From Eledone cirrhosa (Eukaryota), in contig CAXHJY010000530.1 in NCBI GenBank assembly GCA_964016885.1, positions 1 to 64,000 of the forward strand: a stretch of 64,000 nt of DNA. The letters run 5' to 3'. The notes beneath the pieces were generated by a model, which worked only from the letters and a program-made list of their open reading frames with translations, had not been told where the DNA came from and ran no database searches. The translations under genes were made by a program, and so were the position numbers. Within the stretch, counting starts at the first letter, position 1; every line of letters begins with the position of its first letter. Shown here in pieces: positions 32,141 through 46,600 of this stretch.

Positions 32141-32479
32141 GAAGACTGGAACAGGTAGATGATACCAATAACTGGGTAGACTGGAACAGGTAGATGATAC
32201 TAACAACTGGGAAGACTGGAACAGGTAGATGATAACAACAACTGGGAAGACTGAAACAGGTAGATGATACTAACAACTGGGAAGACTGGAACAGGTAGAT
32301 GATACCAACAACTGGGAAGACTGGAACAGGTAGATGACACCAACAACTGGGAAGACTGGAACAGGTAGATGATACTAACAACTGGGAAGAATGGAACAGG
32401 TAGATGATACTAACAACTGGGAAGACTGGAACAGGTAGAGGATACCAACAACTGGGAAGACTGGAACAGGTAGATGATA

Positions 32480-35400
32480 CTAACAACTGGGAAGACTGGA
32501 ACAGGTAGATGATACTAACAACTGGGAAGACTGGAACAGGTAGATGATACCAACAACTGGGAAGACTGGAACAGGTAGATGATACCAACAACTGGGAAGA
32601 CTGGAACAGGTAGATGATACCAACAACTGGGAAGACTAGAACAGGTAGATGATACTAACAACTGGGAAGACTGGAACAGGTAGAAGATACCAAAAACTGG
32701 GAAGACTGGAACAGGTAGATGATACCAACAACTGGGAAGACTGGAACAGGTAGATGATACTAACAACTGGGAAGACTGGAACAGGTAGATGATACTAACA
32801 ACTGGGAAGACTGGAACAGGTAGATGATACTAACAACTGGGAAGACTGGAACAGGTAGATGATACCAACAACTGGGAAGACTGGAACATGTAGATGATAC
32901 CAACAACTGGGAAGACTGGAACAGGTAGATGATACTAACAACTGGGAAGACTGGAACAGGTAGAAGATACCAACAACTGGGAAGACTGGAACAGGTAGAT
33001 GATACCAACAACTGGGAAGACTGGAACAGGTAGATGATACCAACAACTGGGAAGACTGGAACAGGTAGATGATACCAACAACTGGGAAGACTGAAACAGG
33101 TAGATGATACCAACAACTGGGAAGACTAGAACAGGTAGATGATACTAACAACTGGGAAGACTGGAACAGGTAGAAGATACCAAAAACTGGGAAGACTGGA
33201 ACAGGTAGATGATACCAACAACTGGGAAGACTGGAACAGGTAGATGATACTAACAACTGGGAAGACTGGAACAGGTAGATGATACTAACAACTGGGAAGA
33301 CTGGAACAGGTAGAAGATACCAAAAACTGGGAAGACTGGAACAGGTAGATGATACCAACAACTGGGAAGACTGGAACAGGTAGATTATACTAACAACTGG
33401 GAAGACTGGAACAGGTAGATGATACTAACAACTGGGAAGACTGGAACAGGTAGATGATACTAACAACTGGGAAGACTGGAACAGGTAGATGATACCAACA
33501 ACTGGGAAGACTGGAACATGTAGATGATACCAACAACTGGGAAGACTGGAACAGGTAGATGATACTAACAACTGGGAAGACTGGAACAGGTAGAAGATAC
33601 CAACAACTGGGAAGACTGGAACAGGTAGATGATACTAACAACTGGGAAGACTGGAACAGGTAGATGATACCAACAACTGGGTAGACTGGAACAGGTAGAT
33701 CATACTAACACCTGGGAAGACTGGAACAGGTAGATGATACCAACAACTGGGAAGACTGGAACAGGTAGATGATACCAACAACTGGGAAGACTGGAACAGG
33801 TAGATGATACTAACAACTGGGAAGACTGGAACAGGTAGATGATACCAACAACTGGGAAGACTGGAACAGGTAGATGATACCAACAACTGGGAAGACTGGA
33901 ACAGGTAGATGATACCAACAACTGGGAAGACTGGAACAGGTAGATGATACTAACAACTGGGAAGACTGGAACAGGTAGATGATACCAACAACTGGGAAGA
34001 CTGGAGCAGGTAGATGATACCAACAACTGGGAAGACTGGAACAGGTAGATGATACCAATAACTGGGAAGACTGGAACAGGTAGATGATACTAACAACTGG
34101 GAAGACTGGAACAGGCAGATGATACTAACAACTGGGAAGACTGGAACAGGTAGATGATACTAACAACTGGGAAGACTGGAACAGGTAGATGATACCAACA
34201 ACTGGGAAGACTGGAACAGGTAGCTGATACCAACAACTGGGAAGACTGGAACAGGTAGATGATACCAACAACTGGGAAGACTGGAACAGGTAGATGATAC
34301 TAACAACTGGAAAGACTGGAACAGGTAGATGATACCAACAACTTGGAAGACTGGAACAGGTAGATGATACCAACAACTGGGAAGACTGGAACAGGTAGAT
34401 GATACCAACAACTGGGAAGACTGGAACAGGTAGATGATACTAACAACTGGCAAGACTGGAACAGGTAGATGATACCAACAACTGGGAAGACTGGAACAGG
34501 TAGATGATACCAACAACTTGGAAGACTGGAACAGGTAGATGATACCAACAACTGGGAAGACTGGAACAGGTAGATGATACCAACAACTGGGAAGACTGGA
34601 ACAGGTAGATGATACTAACAACTGGGAAGACTGGAACAGGTAGATGATACCAACAACTGGGAAGACTGGAACAGGTAGATGATACTAACAACTGGGAAGA
34701 CTGGAACAGGTAGATGATACCAACAACTGGGAAGACTGGAACAGGTAGATGATACTAACAACTGGGAAGACTGGAACAGGTAGATGATACCAACAACTGG
34801 GAAGACTGGAACAGGTAGATGATACCAACAACTGGGAAGACTGGAACAGGTAGATGATACTAACAACTGGGAAGACTGGAACAGGTAGATGATACCAACA
34901 ACTGGGAAGACTGGAACAGGTAGATGATACCAACAACTGGGAAGACTGGAACAGGTAGATGATACTAACAACTGGGAAGACTGGAACAGGTAGATGATAC
35001 CAACAACTGGGAAGACTGGAACAGGTAGATGATACCAACAACTGGGAAGACTGGAACAGGTAGATGATACTAACAACTGGGAAGACTGGAACAGGTAGAT
35101 GATACCAACAACTGGGAAGACTGGAACAGGTAGATGATACCAACAACTGGGAAGACTGGAACAGGTAGATGATACCAATAACTGGGAAGACTGGAACAGG
35201 TAGATGATACTAACAACTGGGAAGACTGGAACAGGCAGATGATACTAACAACTGGGAAGACTGGAACAGGTAGAAGATACTAACAACTGGGAAGACTGGA
35301 ACAGGTAGATGATACCAACAACTGGGTAGACTGGAACAGGTAGATGATACTAACAACTGGGAAGACTGAAACAGGTAGATGATACTAACAACTGGGAAGA

Positions 35401-37650
35401 CTGAAACAGGTAAATGATACTAACAACTGGGAAGACTGGAACAGGTAGATGATACTAACAACTGGGAAGACTGGAACAGGTAGATGATACCAACAACTGG
35501 GAAGACTGGAACAGGTAGATGATACTAACAACTGGGAAGACTGGAACAGGTAGATGATACCAACAACTGGGAAGACTGGAACAGGTAGATGATACTAACA
35601 ACTGGGAAGACTGGAACAGGTAGATGATACCGACAACTGGGAAGACTGGAACAGGTAGATAATACCAACAACTGGGAAGACTGGAACAGGTAGATGATAC
35701 TAACAACTGGGAAGACTGGAACAGGTAGATGATACCAACAACTGGGAAGACTGGAACAGGTAGATGATACTAACAACTGGGAAGACTGGAACAGGTAGAT
35801 GATACTAACAACTGGGAAGACTGGAACAGGTAGATGATACCAACAACTGGGAAGACTGGAACAGGTAGATGATACCAACAACTGGGAAGACTGGAACAGG
35901 TAGATGATACCAACAACTGGGAAGACTAGAACAGGTAGATGATACTAACAACTGGGAAGACTGGAACAGGTAGAAGATACCAAAAACTGGGAAGACTGGA
36001 ACAGGTAGATGATACCAACAACTGGGAAGACTGGAACAGGTAGATGATACTAACAACTGGGAAGACTGGAACAGGTAGATGATACTAACAACTGGGAAGA
36101 CTGGAACAGGTAGATGATACTAACAACTGGGAAGACTGGAACAGGTAGATGATACCAACAACTGGGAAGACTGGAACATGTAGATGATACCAACAACTGG
36201 GAAGACTGGAACAGGTAGATGATACTAACAACTGGGAAGACTGGAACAGGTAGAAGATACCAACAACTGGGAAGACTGGAACAGGTAGATGATACCAACA
36301 ACTGGGAAGACTGGAACAGGTAGATGATACTAACAACTGGGAAGACTGGAACAGGTAGAAGATACCAACAACTGGGAAGACTGGAACAGGTAGATGATAC
36401 CAACAACTGGGAAGACTGGAACAGGTAGATGATACCAACAACTGGGAAGACTGGAACAGGTAGATGATACCAACAACTGGGAAGACTGAAACAGGTAGAT
36501 GATACCAACAACTGGGAAGACTAGAACAGGTAGATGATACTAACAACTGGGAAGACTGGAACAGGTAGAAGATACCAAAAACTGGGAAGACTGGAACAGG
36601 TAGATGATACCAACAACTGGGAAGACTGGAACAGGTAGATGATACTAACAACTGGGAAGACTGGAACAGGTAGATGATACTAACAACTGGGAAGACTGGA
36701 ACAGGTAGAAGATACCAAAAACTGGGAAGACTGGAACAGGTAGATGATACCAACAACTGGGAAGACTGGAACAGGTAGATTATACTAACAACTGGGAAGA
36801 CTGGAACAGGTAGATGATACTAACAACTGGGAAGACTGGAACAGGTAGATGATACTAACAACTGGGAAGACTGGAACAGGTAGATGATACCAACAACTGG
36901 GAAGACTGGAACATGTAGATGATACCAACAACTGGGAAGACTGGAACAGGTAGATGATACTAACAACTGGGAAGACTGGAACAGGTAGAAGATACCAACA
37001 ACTGGGAAGACTGGAACAGGTAGATGATACTAACAACTGGGAAGACTGGAACAGGTAGATGATACCAACAACTGGGTAGACTGGAACAGGTAGATCATAC
37101 TAACAACTGGGAAGACTGGAACAGGTAGATGATACCAACAACTGGGAAGACTGGAACAGGTAGATGATACCAACAACTGGGAAGACTGGAACAGGTAGAT
37201 GATACTAACAACTGGGAAGACTGGAACAGGTAGATGATACCAACAACTGGGAAGACTGGAACAGGTAGATGATACCAACAACTGGGAAGACTGGAACAGG
37301 TAGATGATACCAACAACTGGGAAGACTGGAACAGGTAGATGATACTAACAACTGGGAAGACTGGAACAGGTAGATGATACCAACAACTGGGAAGACTGGA
37401 GCAGGTAGATGATACCAACAACTGGGAAGACTGGAACAGGTAGATGATACCAATAACTGGGAAGACTGGAACAGGTAGATGATACTAACAACTGGGAAGA
37501 CTGGAACAGGCAGATGATACTAACAACTGGGAAGACTGGAACAGGTAGATGATACTAACAACTGGGAAGACTGGAACAGGTAGATGATACCAACAACTGG
37601 GAAGACTGGAACAGGTAGCTGATACCAACAACTGGGAAGACTGGAACAGG
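32480..37650. repeat. Duplicated segment ~32480-34260 repeated at ~35770-37650 (offset 3,290, then 3,395 after a 3-monomer gain)
   Basis: aacatg ~32885/36175, tagattatac 33381/36776, ggagcagg ~34003/37398, tagctgat 34221/37616; ORFs 32515/35805 and 33390/36785. Confidence 0.85.
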
Positions 37651-40600
37651 TAGATGATACCAACAACTGGGAAGACTGGAACAGGTAGATGATACTAACA
37701 ACTGGGAAGACTGGAACAGGTAGAAGATACCAACAACTGGGAAGACTGGAACAGGTAGATGATACTAACAACTGGGAAGACTGGAACAGGTAGATGATAC
37801 CAACAACTGGGAAGACTGGAACAGGTAGATCATACTAACAACTGGGAAGACTGGAACAGGTAGATGATACCAACAACTGCGAAGACTGGAACAGGTAGAT
37901 GATACCAACAACTGGGAAGACTGGAACAGGTAGATGATACTAACAACTGGGAAGACTGGAACAGGTAGATGATACCAACAACTGGGAAGACTGGAACAGG
38001 TAGATGATACCAACAACTGGGAAGACTGGAACAGGTAGATGATACCAACAACTGGGAAGACTGGAACAGGTAGATGATACCAACAACTGGGAAGACTGGA
38101 ACAGGTAGATGATACTAACAACTGGGAAGACTGGAACAGGTAGATGATACCAACAACTGGGAAGACTAGAACAGGTAGATGATACCAACAACTGGGGAGA
38201 CTGGAACAGGTAGATGATACCAACAACTGGGAAGACTGGAACAGGTAGATGATACCAATAACTGGGAAGACTGGAACAGGTAGATGATACTAACAACTGG
38301 GAAGACTGGAACAGGCAGATGATACTAACAACTGGGAAGACTGGAACAGGTAGAAGATACTAACAACTGGGAAGACTGGAACAGGTAGATGATACCAACA
38401 ACTGGGTAGACTGGAACAGGTAGATGATACTAAAAACTGGGAAGACTGAAACAGGTAGATGATACTAACAACTGGGAAGACTGGAACGGGTAGATGATAC
38501 TAACAACTGGGAAGACTGGAACAGGTAGATGATACCAACAACTGGGAAGACTGGAACAGGTAGATGATACTAACAACTGGGAAGACTGGAACAGGTAGAT
38601 GATACCAACAACTGGGAAGACTGGAACAGGTAGATGATACTAACAACTGGGAAGACTGGAACAGGTAGATGATACCAACAACTGGGAAGACTGGAACAGG
38701 TAGATGATACCAACAACTGGGAAGACTGGAACAGGTAGATGATACTAACAACTGGGAAGACTGGAACAGGTAGATGATACCAACAACTGGGAAGACTGGA
38801 ACAGGTAGATGATACCAACAACTGGGAAGACTGGAACAGGTAGATGATACCAACAACTGGGAAGACTGGAACAGGTAGATGATACCAATAACTGGGAAGA
38901 CTGGAACAGGTAGATGATACTAACAACTGGGAAGACTGGAACAGGCAGATGATACTAACAACTGGGAAGACTGGAACAGGTAGAAGATACTAACAACTGG
39001 GAAGACTGGAACAGGTAGATGATACCAACAACTGGGTAGACTGGAACAGGTAGATGATACTAAAAACTGGGAAGACTGAAACAGGTAGATGATACTAACA
39101 ACTGGGAAGACTGGAACGGGTAGATGATACTAACAACTGGGAAGACTGGAACAGGTAGATGATACCAACAACTGGGAAGACTGGAACAGGTAGATGATAC
39201 TAACAACTGGGAAGACTGGAACAGGTAGATGATACCAACAACTGGGAAGACTGGAACAGGTAGATGATACTAACAACTGGGAAGACTGGAACAGGTAGAT
39301 GATACCAACAACTGGGAAGACTGGAACAGGTAGATGATACCAACAACTGGGAAGACTGGAACAGGTAGATGATACTAACAACTGGGAAGACTGGAACAGG
39401 TAGATGATACCAACAACTGGGAAGACTGGAACAGGTAGATGATACCAACAACTGGGAAGACTGGAACAGGTAGATGATACCAACAACTGGGAAGACTGGA
39501 ACAGGTAGATGATACCAACAACTGGGAAGACTGGAACAGGTAGATGATACCAACAACTGGGAAGACTGGAACAGGTAGATGATACCAACAACTGGGAAGA
39601 CTGGAACAGGTAGATGATACCAATAACTGGGAAGACTGAAACAGGCAGATGATACTAACAACTGGGAAGACTGGAACAGGCAGATGATACTAACAACTGG
39701 GAAGACTGGAACAGGTAGAAGATACTAACAACTGGGAAGACTGGAACAGGTAGATGATACCAACAACTGGGTAGACTGGAACGGGTAGATGATACTAACA
39801 ACTGGGAAGACTGAAACAGGTAGATGATAATAACAACTGGGAAGACTGAAACAGGTAAATGATACCAACAACTGGGAAGACTGGAACAGTCAGATGATAC
39901 TAACAACTGGGAAGACTGGAACAGGTTGATGATACTAACAACTGGGAAGACTGGAACAGGTAGATGATACCAATAACTGGGAAGACTGGAACAGGTAGAT
40001 GATACTAACAACTGGGAAGACTGGAACAGGTAGATGATACCAACAACTGGGAAGACTGGAACAGGTAGATGATACTAACAACTGGGAAGACTGGAACAGG
40101 TAGATGATACCAACAACTGGGAAGACTGGAACAGGTAGATGATACTAACAACTGGGAAGACTGGAACAGGTAGATGATACCAACAATTGGGAAGACTGGA
40201 ACAGGTAGATGATACTAACAACTGGGAAGACTGGAACAGGTAGATGATACCAACAACTGGGAAGACTGGAACAGGTAGATGATACCAACAACTGGGAAGA
40301 CTGGAACAGGTAGATGATACTAACAACTGGGAAGACTGGAACAGGTAGATGATACCAACAACTGGGAAGGCTGGAACAGGTAGATGATACCAACAACTGG
40401 GAAGACTGGAACAGGTAGATGATACCAACAACTGGGAAGACTGGAACAGGTAGATGATACCAACAACTGGGAAGACTGGAACAGGTAGATGATAACAACA
40501 ACTGGGAAGACTGGAACAGGTAGATGATACTAACAACTGGGAAGACTGGAACAGGTAGATGATACCAACAACTGGGAAGACTGGAACAGGTAGATGATAC

Positions 40601-43600
40601 TAACAACTGGGAAGACTGGAACAGGTAGATGATACTAACAACTGGGAAGACTGCAACAGGTAAATGATACTAACAACTGGGAAGACTGGAACAGGTAGAT
40701 GATACCAATAACTGGGTAGACTGGAACAGGTAGATGATACTAACAACTGGGAAGACTGGAACAGGTAGATGATAACAACAACTGGGAAGACTGGAACAGG
40801 TAGATGATACTAACAACTGGGAAGACTGGAACAGGTAGATGATACCAACAACTGGGAAGACTGGAACAGGTAGATGATACTAACAACTGGGAAGACTGGA
40901 ACAGGTAGATGATACTAACAACTGGGAAGACTGCAACAGGTAGATGATACTAACAACTGGGAAGACTGGAACAGGTAGATGATACCAATAACTGGGTAGA
41001 CTGGAACAGGTAGATGATACTAACAACTGGGAAGACTGGAACAGGTAGATGATAACAACAACTGGGAAGACTGGAACAGGTAGATGATACTAACAACTGG
41101 GCAGACTGGAACAGGTAGATGATACCAACAACTGGGAAGACTGGAACAAGTAGATGATACTAACAACTGGGAAGACTGGAACAGGTAGATGATACCAACA
41201 ACTGGGAAGACTGGAACAGGTAGATGATACCAACAACTGGGAAGACTGGAACAGGTAGATGATACCAACAACTGGGAAGACTAGAACAGGTAGATGATAC
41301 TAACAACTGGGAAGACTGGAACAGGTAGAAGATACCAACAACTGGGAAGACTGGAACAGGTAGATGATACTAACAACTGGGAAGACTGGAACAGGTAGAT
41401 GATACTAACAACTGGGAAGACTGGAACAGGTAGATGATACCAACAACTGGGAAGACTGGAACAGGTAGATGATACCAACAACTGGGAAGACTGGAACAGG
41501 TAGATGATACTAACAACTGGGAAGACTGGAACAGGTAGAAGATACCAACAACTGGGAAGACTGGAACAGGTAGATGATACTAACACCTGGGAAGACTGGA
41601 ACAGGTAGATGATACCAACAACTGGGAAGACTGGAACAGGTAGATCATACTATCAACTGGGAAGACTGGAACAGGTAGATGATACTAACAACTGGGAAGA
41701 CTGGAACAGGTAGATGATACCAATAACTGGGTAGACTGGAACAGGTAGATGATACTAACAACTGGGAAGACTGGAACAGGTAGATGATAACAACAACTGG
41801 GAAGACTGGAACAGGTAGATGATACTAACAACTGGGAAGACTGGAACAGGTAGATGATACCAACAACTGGGAAGACTGGAACAGGTAGATGATACTAACA
41901 ACTGGGAAGACTGGAACAGGTAGATGATACCAACAACTGGGAAGACTGGAACAGGTAGATGATACCAACAACTGGGAAGACTGGAACAGGTAGATGATAC
42001 CAACAACTGGGAAGACTAGAACAGGTAGATGATACTAACAACTGGGAAGACTGGAACAGGTAGAAGATACCAACAACTGGGAAGACTGGAACAGGTAGAT
42101 GATACTAACAACTGGGAAGACTGGAACAGGTAGATGATACCAACAACTGGGAAGACTGGAACAGGTAGATGATACCAACAACTGGGAAGACTGGAACAGG
42201 TAGATGATACTAACAACTGGGAAGACTGGAACAGGTAGAAGATACCAACAACTGGGAAGACTGGAACAGGTAGATGATACTAACAACTGGGAAGACTGGA
42301 ACAGGTAGATGATACCAACAACTGGGAAGACTGGAACAGGTAGATCATACTAACAACTGGGAAGACTGGAACAGGTAGATGATACCAACAACTGCGAAGA
42401 CTAGAACAGGTAGATGATACCAACAACTGGGAAGACTGGAACAGGTAGATGATACTAACAACTGGGAAGACTGGAACAGGTAGATGATACCAACAACTGG
42501 GAAGACTGGAACAGGTAGATGATACCAACAACTGGGAAGACTGGAACAGGTAGATGATACCAACAACTGGGAAGACTGGAACAGGTAGATGATACCAACA
42601 ACTGGGAAGACTGGAACAGGTAGATGATACTAACAACTGGGAAGACTGGAACAGGTAGATGATACCAACAACTGGGAAGACTAGAACAGGTAGACGATAC
42701 CAACAACTGGGAAGACTGGAACAGGTAGATGATACCAACAACTGGGAAGACTGGAACAGGTAGATGATACCAATAACTGGGAAGACTGGAACAGGTAGAT
42801 GATACTAACAACTGGGAAGACTGGAACAGGCAGATGATACTAACAACTGGGAAGACTGGAACAGGTAGAAGATACTAACAACTGGGAAGACTGGAACAGG
42901 TAGATGATACCAACAACTGGGTAGACTGGAACGGGTAGATGATACTAACAACTGGGAAGACTGGAACAGGTAGATGATACCAACAACTGGGAAGACTGGA
43001 ACAGGTAGATGATACTAACAACTGGGAAGACTGGAACAGGTAGATGATACCAACAACTGGGAAGACTGGAACAGGTAGATGATACCAACAACTGGGAAGA
43101 CTGGAACAGGTAGATGATACTAACAACTGGGAAGACTGGAACAGGTAGATGATACCAACAACTGGGAAGACTGGAACAGGTAGATGATACCAACAACTGG
43201 GAAGACTGGAACAGGTAGATGATACCAACAACTGGGAAGACTGGAACAGGTAGATGATACCAACAACTGGGAAGACTGGAACAGGTAGATGATACTAACA
43301 ACTGGGAAGACTGGAACAGGTAGATGATACCAACAACTGGGAAGACTGGAACAGGTAGATGATACCAACAACTGGGAAGACTGGAACAGGTAGATGATAC
43401 CAACAACTGGGAAGACTGGAACAGGTAGATGATACCAATAACTGGGAAGACTGAAACAGGCAGATGATACTAACAACTGGGAAGACTGGAACAGGCAGAT
43501 GATACTAACAACTGGGAAGACTGGAACAGGTAGAAGATACTAACAACTGGGAAGACTGGAACAGGTAGATGATACCAACAACTGGGTAGACTGGAACGGG

Positions 43601-46600
43601 TAGATGATACTAACAACTGGGAAGACGGAAACAGGTAGATGATAATAACAACTGGGAAGACTGAAACAGGTAAATGATACTAACAACTGGGAAGACTGGA
43701 ACAGGTAGATGATACTAACAACTGGGAAGACTGGAACAGGTTGATGATACTAACAACTGGGAAGAATGGAACAGGTAGATGATACCAATAACTGGGAAGA
43801 CTGGAACAGGTAGATGATACTAACAACTGGGAAGACTGGAACAGGTAGATGATACCAACAACTGGGAAGACTGGAACAGGTAGATGATACTAACAACTGG
43901 GAAGACTGGAACAGGTAGATGATACCAACAACTGGGAAGACTGGAACAGGTAGATGATACTAACAACTGGGAAGACTGGAACAGGTAGATGATACCAACA
44001 ATTGGGAAGACTGGAACAGGTAGATGATACTAACAACTGGGAAGACTGGAACAGGTAGATGATACCAACAACTGGGAAGACTGGAACAGGTAGATGATAC
44101 CAACAACTGGGAAGACTGGAACAGGTAGATGATACTAACAACTGGGAAGACTGGAACAGGTAGATGATACCAACAACTGGGAAGACTGGAACAGGTAGAT
44201 GATACCAACAACTGGGAAGACTGGAACAGGTAGATGATACCAACAACTGGGAAGACTGGAACAGGTAGATGATACCAACAACTGGGAAGACTGGAACAGG
44301 TAGATGATACCAACAACTGGGAAGACTGGAACAGGTAGATGATAACAACAACTGGGAAGACTGGAACAGGTAGATGATACTAACAACTGGGAAGACTGGA
44401 ACAGGTAGATGATACCAACAACTGGGAAGACTGGAACAGGTAGATGATACTAACAACTGGGAAGACTGGAACAGGTAGATGATACTAACAACTGGGAAGA
44501 CTGCAACAGGTAGATGATACTAACAACTGGGAAGACTGGAACAGGTAGATGATACCAATAACTGGGTAGACTGGAACAGGTAGATGATACTAACAACTGG
44601 GAAGACTGGAACAGGTAGATGATAACAACAACTGGGAAGACTGGAACAGGTAGATGATACTAACAACTGGGAAGACTGGAACAGGTAGATGATACCAACA
44701 ACTGGGAAGACTGGAACAGGTAGATGATACTAACAACTGGGAAGACTGGAACAGGTAGATGATACTAACAACTGGGAAGACTGCAACAGGTAGATGATAC
44801 TAACAACTGGGAAGACTGGAACAGGTAGATGATACCAATAACTGGGTAGACTGGAACAGGTAGATGATACTAACAACTGGGAAGACTGGAACAGGTAGAT
44901 GATAACAACAACTGGGAAGACTGGAACAGGTAGATGATACTAACAACTGGGCAGACTGGAACAGGTAGATGATACCAACAACTGGGAAGACTGGAACAGG
45001 TAGATGATACTAACAACTGGGAAGACTGGAACAGGTAGATGATACCAACAACTGGGAAGACTGGAACAGGTAGATGATACCAACAACTGGGAAGACTGGA
45101 ACAGGTAGATGATACCAACAACTGGGAAGACTAGAACAGGTAGATGATACTAACAACTGGGAAGACTGGAACAGGTAGAAGATACCAACAACTGGGAAGA
45201 CTGGAACAGGTAGATGATACTAACAACTGGGAAGACTGGAACAGGTAGATGATACTAACAACTGGGAAGACTGGAACAGGTAGATGATACCAACAACTGG
45301 GAAGACTGGAACAGGTAGATGATACCAACAACTGGGAAGACTGGAACAGGTAGATGATACTAACAACTGGGAAGACTGGAACAGGTAGAAGATACCAACA
45401 ACTGGGAAGACTGGAACAGGTAGATGATACTAACAACTGGGAAGACTGGAACAGGTAGATGATACCAACAACTGGGAAGACTGGAACAGGTAGATCATAC
45501 TAACAACTGGGAAGACTGGAACAGGTAGATGATACTAACAACTGGGAAGACTGGAACAGGTAGATGATACCAATAACTGGGTAGACTGGAACAGGTAGAT
45601 GATACTAACAACTGGGAAGACTGGAACAGGTAGATGATAACAACAACTGGGAAGACTGGAACAGGTAGATGATACTAACAACTGGGAAGACTGGAACAGG
45701 TAGATGATACCAACAACTGGGAAGACTGGAACAGGTAGATGATACTAACAACTGGGAAGACTAGAACAGGTAGATGATACTAACAACTGGGAAGACTGGA
45801 ACAGGTAGAAGATACCAACAACTGGGAAGACTGGAACAGGTAGATGATACTAACAACTGGGAAGACTGGAACAGGTAGATGATACTAACAACTGGGAAGA
45901 CTGGAACAGGTAGATGATACCAACAACTGGGAAGACTGGAACAGGTAGATGATACCAACAACTGGGAAGACTGGAACAGGTAGATGATACTAACAACTGG
46001 GAAGACTGGAACAGGTAGAAGATACCAACAACTGGGAAGACTGGAACAGGTAGATGATACTAACAACTGGGAAGACTGGAACAGGTAGATGATACCAACA
46101 ACTGGGAAGACTGGAACAGGTAGATCATACTAACAACTGGGAAGACTGGAACAGGTAGATGATACCAACAACTGCGAAGACTAGAACAGGTAGATGATAC
46201 CAACAACTGGGAAGACTGGAACAGGTAGATGATACTAACAACTGGGAAGACTGGAACAGGTAGATGATACCAACAACTGGGAAGACTGGAACAGGTAGAT
46301 GATACCAACAACTGGGAAGACTGGAACAGGTAGATGATACCAACAACTGGGAAGACTGGAACAGGTAGATGATACCAACAACTGGGAAGACTGGAACAGG
46401 TAGATGATACTAACAACTGGGAAGACTGGAACAGGTAGATGATACCAACAACTGGGAAGACTAGAACAGGTAGATGATACCAACAACTGGGAAGACTGGA
46501 ACAGATAGATGATACCAACAACTGGGAAGACTGGAACAGGTAGATGATACCAATAACTGGGAAGACTGGAACAGGTAGATGATACTAACAACTGGGAAGA

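Larger units (their letters stand above)
6050..37650. repeat. Macro-repeat (higher-order unit) copy 1, ~31.6 kb / 903 monomers; boundaries approximate
   Basis: Private variants recur at +31,605: cagtcagat 8282/39887, aacaagtag ~9540/41145, catactatca 10041/41646, gacggaa ~12019/43624, gattcta ~16516/48121. ORF pairs 7525/39130, 15260/46865 and 18130/49735 show the same offset. Confidence 0.95.
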
